From: Candidatus Karelsulcia muelleri PSPU
GTDB lineage: Bacteria > Bacteroidota > Bacteroidia > Flavobacteriales > Blattabacteriaceae
DNA length: 32,000 nucleotides
Direction: 5' to 3'
Assembly: GCF_000829155.1 (NCBI RefSeq)
Contig: NZ_AP013293.1
Span: forward strand, 30,001-62,000
The notes beneath the pieces are model-generated. The model worked only from the letters and a program-made list of their open reading frames with translations, did no database searches and was not told where the DNA came from. Each line of letters starts with the position of its first letter. The stretch's first letter is position 1. This document shows, one piece after another, positions 27,011 through 32,000 of the stretch. A program made the position numbers and the translations under genes.

Positions 27011-28420
27011 TTATTTAATTGGATTATTTTTTAGATATTCTGTAATATTAACAATTTTACCTTCAATAGCTGTAATTGCTGCAACTAAAGGACTAGCTAA
27101 CAAAGTACGTGCTCCTTTTCCTTGACGTCCTTCAAAATTTCTATTTGATGTAGATAAACAATATTCACCATAAGGAATTTTATCTTCATTCATTCCTAGA
27201 CAAGCTGAACAACCAGGTTGACGTAATTCAAATCCTGCATTTAATAAAATTAAATTAATTCCAGAATTAATAATTTTTTTATATACTTGTTTTGATCCAG
27301 GTACTACTAGAACATAAACATTATCTGCTTTTTTTTTATTTTTTATAATTTTAGAGATTAATCTAATCTCTTCTATTCTAGAATTAGTACAACTTCCAAT
27401 AAAAACATAATTTATTTTTAATCCTAATAAAGAGTTTCCTTCTCTAAATCCCATGTATTTTAAAGATTTAATTTTAATTTTTTTTTTATTTTTAATTTTT
27501 TCTATTGGAATAGTATCAGATATATTTATACACATACTTGGATTAGTTCCATATGTTATCATAGGATAAATATGATCTGAATTAAATTCATATTCTTTAT
27601 TAAAAATAGCTTTTTTATCTGTTTTCATTTTTTTACATAAAATTTTTAATTTTTTAAATTCTTTTTCTTTTGGAGAAAAAAAATTATATTTTAAATAGTT
27701 TAAAGTAGTTGCGTCGGGTTCTATTATTCCTCCTCTAGCCCCCATTTCTATACTCATGTTGCACACAGTCATTCGTTCTTCCATATTCATATTTTTAAAT
27801 ACAGATCCACTATATTCTATAAAATAACCTGTCCCTCCATCTGGACCTAATTTATATATAATATATAAAATTATATCTTTTGCAGATACTCCTAAATTTA
27901 AATTTCCTGTTAATTTTATTCGCATTTGTTTGGGTTTACTTTGTAATAAACATTGAGTAGCCATTACCATAGCAACCTGACTAGTTCCTATACCAAATGC
28001 TATACAACCAAATGCTCCATGAGTAGAAGTATGACTATCTCCACAAACTATTGTCATTCCAGGAAGAGTAATTCCAAGTTCAGGACCAATTACATGTACT
28101 ATTCCTTGAAAATCATGTTTTAATCCAAAAAATAATATTCCATTTTCATCACAATTTTTTTCTAATGTTTTTATTTGAAATTTAGAAAGAACATCTTTTA
28201 TTGGTAAATTTTGATTTTTTGTAGGAACATTATGATCTGTAGTAGCTATAATTTTATTAGATCTTAAAATTGAAATTTTTTTATTTTTTAGTTCTTCAAA
28301 TGCTTGTGGACTAGTTACTTCATGTATATAATGTCTATCAATATATAAAACATCTATTTTTTTATTTAAACTAAAAACTACATGTGATTCCCAAATTTTA
28401 TCAAAAAGGGTTTTATTCAT
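27011..28420 (-). CDS. leuC: 3-isopropylmalate dehydratase large subunit
   Basis: 469 aa. VCGDSHTSTHGAFG, FIGSCTNSRIEE and PGCSACLGMN are the aconitase-family Fe-S ligand motifs. Confidence 0.96.
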   Translation of the reverse strand: MNKTLFDKIWESHVVFSLNKKIDVLYIDRHYIHEVTSPQAFEELKNKKISILRSNKIIATTDHNVPTKNQNLPIKDVLSKFQIKTLEKNCDENGILFFGLKHDFQGIVHVIGPELGITLPGMTIVCGDSHTSTHGAFGCIAFGIGTSQVAMVMATQCLLQSKPKQMRIKLTGNLNLGVSAKDIILYIIYKLGPDGGTGYFIEYSGSVFKNMNMEERMTVCNMSIEMGARGGIIEPDATTLNYLKYNFFSPKEKEFKKLKILCKKMKTDKKAIFNKEYEFNSDHIYPMITYGTNPSMCINISDTIPIEKIKNKKKIKIKSLKYMGFREGNSLLGLKINYVFIGSCTNSRIEEIRLISKIIKNKKKADNVYVLVVPGSKQVYKKIINSGINLILLNAGFELRQPGCSACLGMNEDKIPYGEYCLSTSNRNFEGRQGKGARTLLASPLVAAITAIEGKIVNITEYLKNNPIK

Positions 28421-29571
28421 TATTTAATATTTTTTAATATTTTTTTTAAATCTTCATCATATATTTCTTTTTTTTTATCTGCATATTTTAAATATTTATG
28501 ATATATTATATTTAATTTTGATTTATTAAATGAATAACCTAATTTTTTATAACGATAAGCTAAAGCTGAACGTCCACTTCTAGCTGTTAAGAGAATAGAT
28601 GATTTATTAACTCCTACATCTTTTGGATCAATAACTTCATAAGTTTCTCTTTTTTTTATTAATCCATCTTGATGGATTCCTGAAGAATGTGAAAAAGCAT
28701 TAGCTCCTACTATTGCTTTATTAGATTGTACAAACATACCTGTACATTCAGATACAAATTTACTTGTTTTATATAATAATTTTGTATTTATTTTTGTATA
28801 AAAATTCAATTTTTTATGTTGTTTAATTATCATTACAACTTCTTCTAAAGAAGTATTACCTGCTCTTTCTCCAATACCATTAATAGTACATTCTATTTGT
28901 TTAGCTCCATTAATTATTCCAGCTATTGAATTTGCAGTAGATAAACCCATATCATCATGACAATGAGTTGATATTGTAACTTTATCTATTGAATTAACAT
29001 TTTTTTTTAAAAATTTTATTTTTTCAGCATATTCTTCAGGTAAACAATAACCTGTAGTATCTGGGATATTAAGAACTGTTGCTCCTGCTTTTATAACAGC
29101 TTCACAAATTTTTGCTAAAAAATTATTTTCTGTACGCCCAGCATCTTCTGCATAAAATTCTACATCTTCTACAAATTTTTTTGCATATTTTACAGCTTCT
29201 ATTGCTACTTCTATTATTTTTTTAGGAGTACTATTAAATTTATATTTAATATGATATTTAGATGTTCCTATACCTGTATGTATTCTAGGATTTTTAGCAT
29301 ATTTTAATGCTGATGCGGCAACTTCTATATCTTTTTTTACAGCTCTTGAAAGACTACATATTATTGGTTTATATATATATTTACATATTTTTTCAACTGA
29401 ATTAAAATCTCCTGGACTAGAAATAGGAAAACCTGCTTCGATTATATCTACTCCCATTTTTTCTAATTTACGAGCTATTTTAATTTTTTCTGATGTGTTT
29501 AATTGACAGCCCGGAACTTGTTCTCCATCACGTAAAGTAGTATCAAATATTTGAATTCTTTTTTTTTTCAT
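28420..29571 (-). CDS. leuA: 2-isopropylmalate synthase, catalytic core only (no C-terminal regulatory domain)
   Basis: 383 aa. [26 protein letters not shown] and HSSGIHQDG are present. The protein ends at ...[21 protein letters not shown]. Its stop overlaps the leuC start by 1 nt. Confidence 0.93.
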   Translation of the reverse strand: MKKKRIQIFDTTLRDGEQVPGCQLNTSEKIKIARKLEKMGVDIIEAGFPISSPGDFNSVEKICKYIYKPIICSLSRAVKKDIEVAASALKYAKNPRIHTGIGTSKYHIKYKFNSTPKKIIEVAIEAVKYAKKFVEDVEFYAEDAGRTENNFLAKICEAVIKAGATVLNIPDTTGYCLPEEYAEKIKFLKKNVNSIDKVTISTHCHDDMGLSTANSIAGIINGAKQIECTINGIGERAGNTSLEEVVMIIKQHKKLNFYTKINTKLLYKTSKFVSECTGMFVQSNKAIVGANAFSHSSGIHQDGLIKKRETYEVIDPKDVGVNKSSILLTARSGRSALAYRYKKLGYSFNKSKLNIIYHKYLKYADKKKEIYDEDLKKILKNIK

Positions 29572-29905
29572 TTTTTTTAATTAAATAATTATCTAAAATA
29601 ATTGAACTAAAATAGTTTAATATAAAATTTGTAATTATAAATTTATTTGATAATGAATAATAATTAATAATATAAATTATGATTAAACAATATAATGTAA
29701 TATTTATAAAATTACAACATAGATAATAGTATATATTATTTAAAATAATTTTTGATAAAAAAAAATGTATTATATATAATATAATTTTTATTATAAATAA
29801 TAAAATATACATTTTAAATACAAAAATATTATCATTATAAAAATAATATATTATATTATAGATAAAAATATCTAATAAAAAATTAGATAATAATTTATTA
29901 ATCAT
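29543..29905 (-). CDS. Hypothetical 120-aa hydrophobic ORF upstream of leuA (orphan; real gene, relic or chance)
   Basis: It is a 120-codon open frame in an almost G/C-free spacer, which is longer than I expect by chance where TAA is so frequent. It has several I/Y/L/F-rich segments and no motif. It overlaps the leuA start by 29 nt. Confidence 0.3.
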   Translation of the reverse strand: MINKLLSNFLLDIFIYNIIYYFYNDNIFVFKMYILLFIIKIILYIIHFFLSKIILNNIYYYLCCNFINITLYCLIIIYIINYYSLSNKFIITNFILNYFSSIILDNYLIKKNEKKKNSNI

Positions 29906-29936
29906 AATTTTTAATTATATTTATATAAAATATATT

Positions 29937-31205
29937 ATGAAAAATTTAATTAAAGAATTATTTTGGAGAGGATTAATACATGATAGTACTTATAATGAAA
30001 AAATAAAAAATGAAATAATTACTTTATATACAGGATTTGATCCTACTTATAAATCTTTACATATAGGCAATTTAGTAGCTATAATTATGTTAATACATTT
30101 TCAAAAATATGGTCATAATATAATATCAGTTATTGGAGGTGGAACAGGAATTATTGGAGATCCATCTGGAAAAAATAGTGAAAGAAATTTAATAAAAAAA
30201 GAACTTTTAAATTATAATATAAGAAATATAAGAAAACAATTATCTTTATATATAGATTTTAACTTTAAAAAAAGTGAAATATTAAATAATTATGAATGGT
30301 TCAAAAAACATTTATTTATTGATTTTGTTAGAGATATAGGAAAAAATTTTTCAATTAATTATATGTTAACAAAAGATTCCATAAAAAAAAGAATTTCTAA
30401 TAAAAAAAGTATTTCATTTACAGAATTTACATATCAATTATTACAAGCATATGATTTTTTTTATTTATATAAAAAAAAAAAATGTTCATTGCAAATAGGA
30501 GGATCTGATCAATGGGGAAATATTACAAGTGGAATAGAACTTATAAGAAAAAAATTAGGAGTAAAAGTAAATGGATTAACATTTCCATTAATTACTAAAC
30601 TTGATGGATCAAAATTTGGAAAAACTGAAAATGGAGAAAATATCTGGATAGATCCCAATTTAACTTCTCCATATGAATTTTATCAATTTTGGATAAATAT
30701 TACTGATGATCAAGCAAAACAATATATAAAAATATATACTTTTCTTAAAAAAGAAGAAATAAAAGAAATTATTTATAATCATGAAAAAAACCCAAAATTA
30801 AAATTAATTCAAAAAACAATAGCTGATGAAATAACTATTTTTATTCATGGAAAAGAAATTTTTAATAAAGTAAAATTTATATCAAATATTCTTTTTAAAA
30901 AAGAAAAATCAATAAAAAAAATAAGTATAAATGATATTATATATATATATAAATATATTCCACATAAAAAAATATATATATATAATAATTTTAATATTCC
31001 AATATTAGATTTATTAGTAAATAAAAGTAATTTTTTAAAATCTAAAAAAAAAGCTATTAGACATTTGAAATTAAATTCAATACTTATCAATAAAAAAATT
31101 GTAGATGAAAAATTTATTTTAAAAAAAAATGATTTAATATCAGAATCATATGTTCTTTTACAAAAAGGGAAAAAAAAATTTTTTATGATTAAATTTAAAA
31201 AATAA
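29937..31205 (+). CDS. tyrS: Tyrosyl-tRNA synthetase
   Basis: 422 aa. YTGFDPTYKSLHIGNLVAI is the HIGH motif. LQIGGSDQWGNITSGIELIRK is present. KFGKTE is the KMSKS motif. It has a C-terminal S4-like tail. Confidence 0.95.
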   Translation: MKNLIKELFWRGLIHDSTYNEKIKNEIITLYTGFDPTYKSLHIGNLVAIIMLIHFQKYGHNIISVIGGGTGIIGDPSGKNSERNLIKKELLNYNIRNIRKQLSLYIDFNFKKSEILNNYEWFKKHLFIDFVRDIGKNFSINYMLTKDSIKKRISNKKSISFTEFTYQLLQAYDFFYLYKKKKCSLQIGGSDQWGNITSGIELIRKKLGVKVNGLTFPLITKLDGSKFGKTENGENIWIDPNLTSPYEFYQFWINITDDQAKQYIKIYTFLKKEEIKEIIYNHEKNPKLKLIQKTIADEITIFIHGKEIFNKVKFISNILFKKEKSIKKISINDIIYIYKYIPHKKIYIYNNFNIPILDLLVNKSNFLKSKKKAIRHLKLNSILINKKIVDEKFILKKNDLISESYVLLQKGKKKFFMIKFKK

Positions 31206-32000
31206 TTTTTTTTATTTTTATTAATAGTAATAAATTACTTTTTTTTTCAAAAAAAGAAGTAATTTCAATTTGAGATTTTTTTATTAATTTATTAAAACTA
31301 ATATTATTAGAACCCATAATAATTTTTTTATGTGAAAAACGTTCTACAAAAATTAAAGATCTTATATTAAGAAAATTATCTTCTTCTTTAAAGAATTCTG
31401 TTGTTATATTAACGTAATATGGTATTTCTTTATTATATAATAATAATATATTTTTTCTTATAATTTCATTTACAATAAAACGTTCAGATCTATCTGTAAT
31501 AAGATCTTTAGGATAATATGGAGGATGATAAGGTATCTTATTTATAAGAATATTTATTAATTTATTAATATTAAATTTTAATAATGCTGATATTTCTAAT
31601 ATATAGAAATCAGGATAATTTGATTTTAAATTAAAAATTTCTTTTTTTAAAATAGAATTTTTATATTTATCAATTTTATTTAATAAAATAATTGTAAATT
31701 TAAATTTATTAATATTAATTTTTTTAAAAAAAAGTTCGTTATTTTTTCCTATTTCTGTTATATATATTACTATATCGGCCTCAGTTATAGATTTTTTAAT
31801 CTTCTTTAGAAGAAGACCTGGAGTATCATAAAAAATAATTTGAGAATTATATAAATTTAATATTCCCATTATATTATTACGTGTTGTATTAGCTTTATAG
31901 GTAACTATAGAAATATTTTTTCCTATAATAGCATTAATTAATGTGGATTTTCCTACATTAGGATATCCTATAATTTTTACAAAACCAGATTTATGAATCA
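31195..32000 (-). CDS. era: GTPase Era (5' end lies beyond the window)
   Basis: Extending track ORF 31195..31869 upstream in frame gives IHKSGFVKIIGYPNVGKSTLINAIIG (G1). It continues with DTPGLL (G3), LLNKIDK (G4) and a C-terminal KH-like region. The 3' end overlaps the tyrS 3' end by 11 nt (convergent). Confidence 0.9.
   Translation of the reverse strand, partial: IHKSGFVKIIGYPNVGKSTLINAIIGKNISIVTYKANTTRNNIMGILNLYNSQIIFYDTPGLLLKKIKKSITEADIVIYITEIGKNNELFFKKININKFKFTIILLNKIDKYKNSILKKEIFNLKSNYPDFYILEISALLKFNINKLINILINKIPYHPPYYPKDLITDRSERFIVNEIIRKNILLLYNKEIPYYVNITTEFFKEEDNFLNIRSLIFVERFSHKKIIMGSNNISFNKLIKKSQIEITSFFEKKSNLLLLIKIKKIIF

Noticed and set aside
29572-29936. T-box, leader-peptide or attenuator element upstream of tyrS or leuA
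   Set aside because: The spacer has almost no G/C and no stable stem-loops, specifier or antiterminator-like sequences, or run of Leu codons that I could see. I could not place Bacteroidota-type -33/-7 promoter boxes with any confidence either.
1-32000. Alternative genetic code (UGA as Trp), as in some tiny AT-rich symbionts
   Set aside because: All conserved genes translate full length with the standard code, and conserved Trp positions use TGG. The only broken gene (lepA) is broken by a frameshift, not by in-frame TGA.

Overview
Extremely AT-rich, very gene-dense window. By eye, G/C is largely confined to conserved codons and one tRNA. It reads as core chromosome of a tiny obligate-endosymbiont genome. 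The standard genetic code suffices: Trp is TGG and no UGA read-through is needed.

Supported content: lepA (frameshifted), holB, a U32-family enzyme translationally coupled to a small ferredoxin-like ORF, glnS, mnmG, ybeY, rsmI, tRNA-Cys(GCA), an eroded prs homologue, rplY, metG, lgt, gltX, atpB-E-F-H-A-G, dnaG, lysC, a MarC-family protein, a SpoU/TrmH-type RNA methyltransferase, leuA-C-D-B, tyrS and era (5' end outside the window). Many neighbours overlap by 1-66 nt or abut.

Lineage is an inference, not a database result. atpD/atpC do not follow atpG. AtpB has a long N-terminal extension ending in an SHxWH motif. GlnRS is present. YbeY carries GYKD, and the DnaG N-terminus lacks Cys. Together these fit a Flavobacteriales (Bacteroidota) insect symbiont of the Sulcia/Blattabacterium kind.

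I found no IS or other mobile element, CRISPR array, prophage, defence or toxin system, and no convincing novel multi-gene system. This is ordinary housekeeping DNA.

Worth a second look:
- a perfect 21-copy 15-nt in-frame tandem array inside atpB, bracketed by a 54-nt direct repeat
- a lone four-run G-tract (G-quadruplex consensus) in the largest spacer
- a single-base frameshift in lepA
- a prs homologue with an intact ORF but eroded catalytic motifs
- a DnaG lacking all four zinc ligands
- a LeuA that ends before the leucine-feedback domain
- a 120-codon open frame in an almost G/C-free spacer
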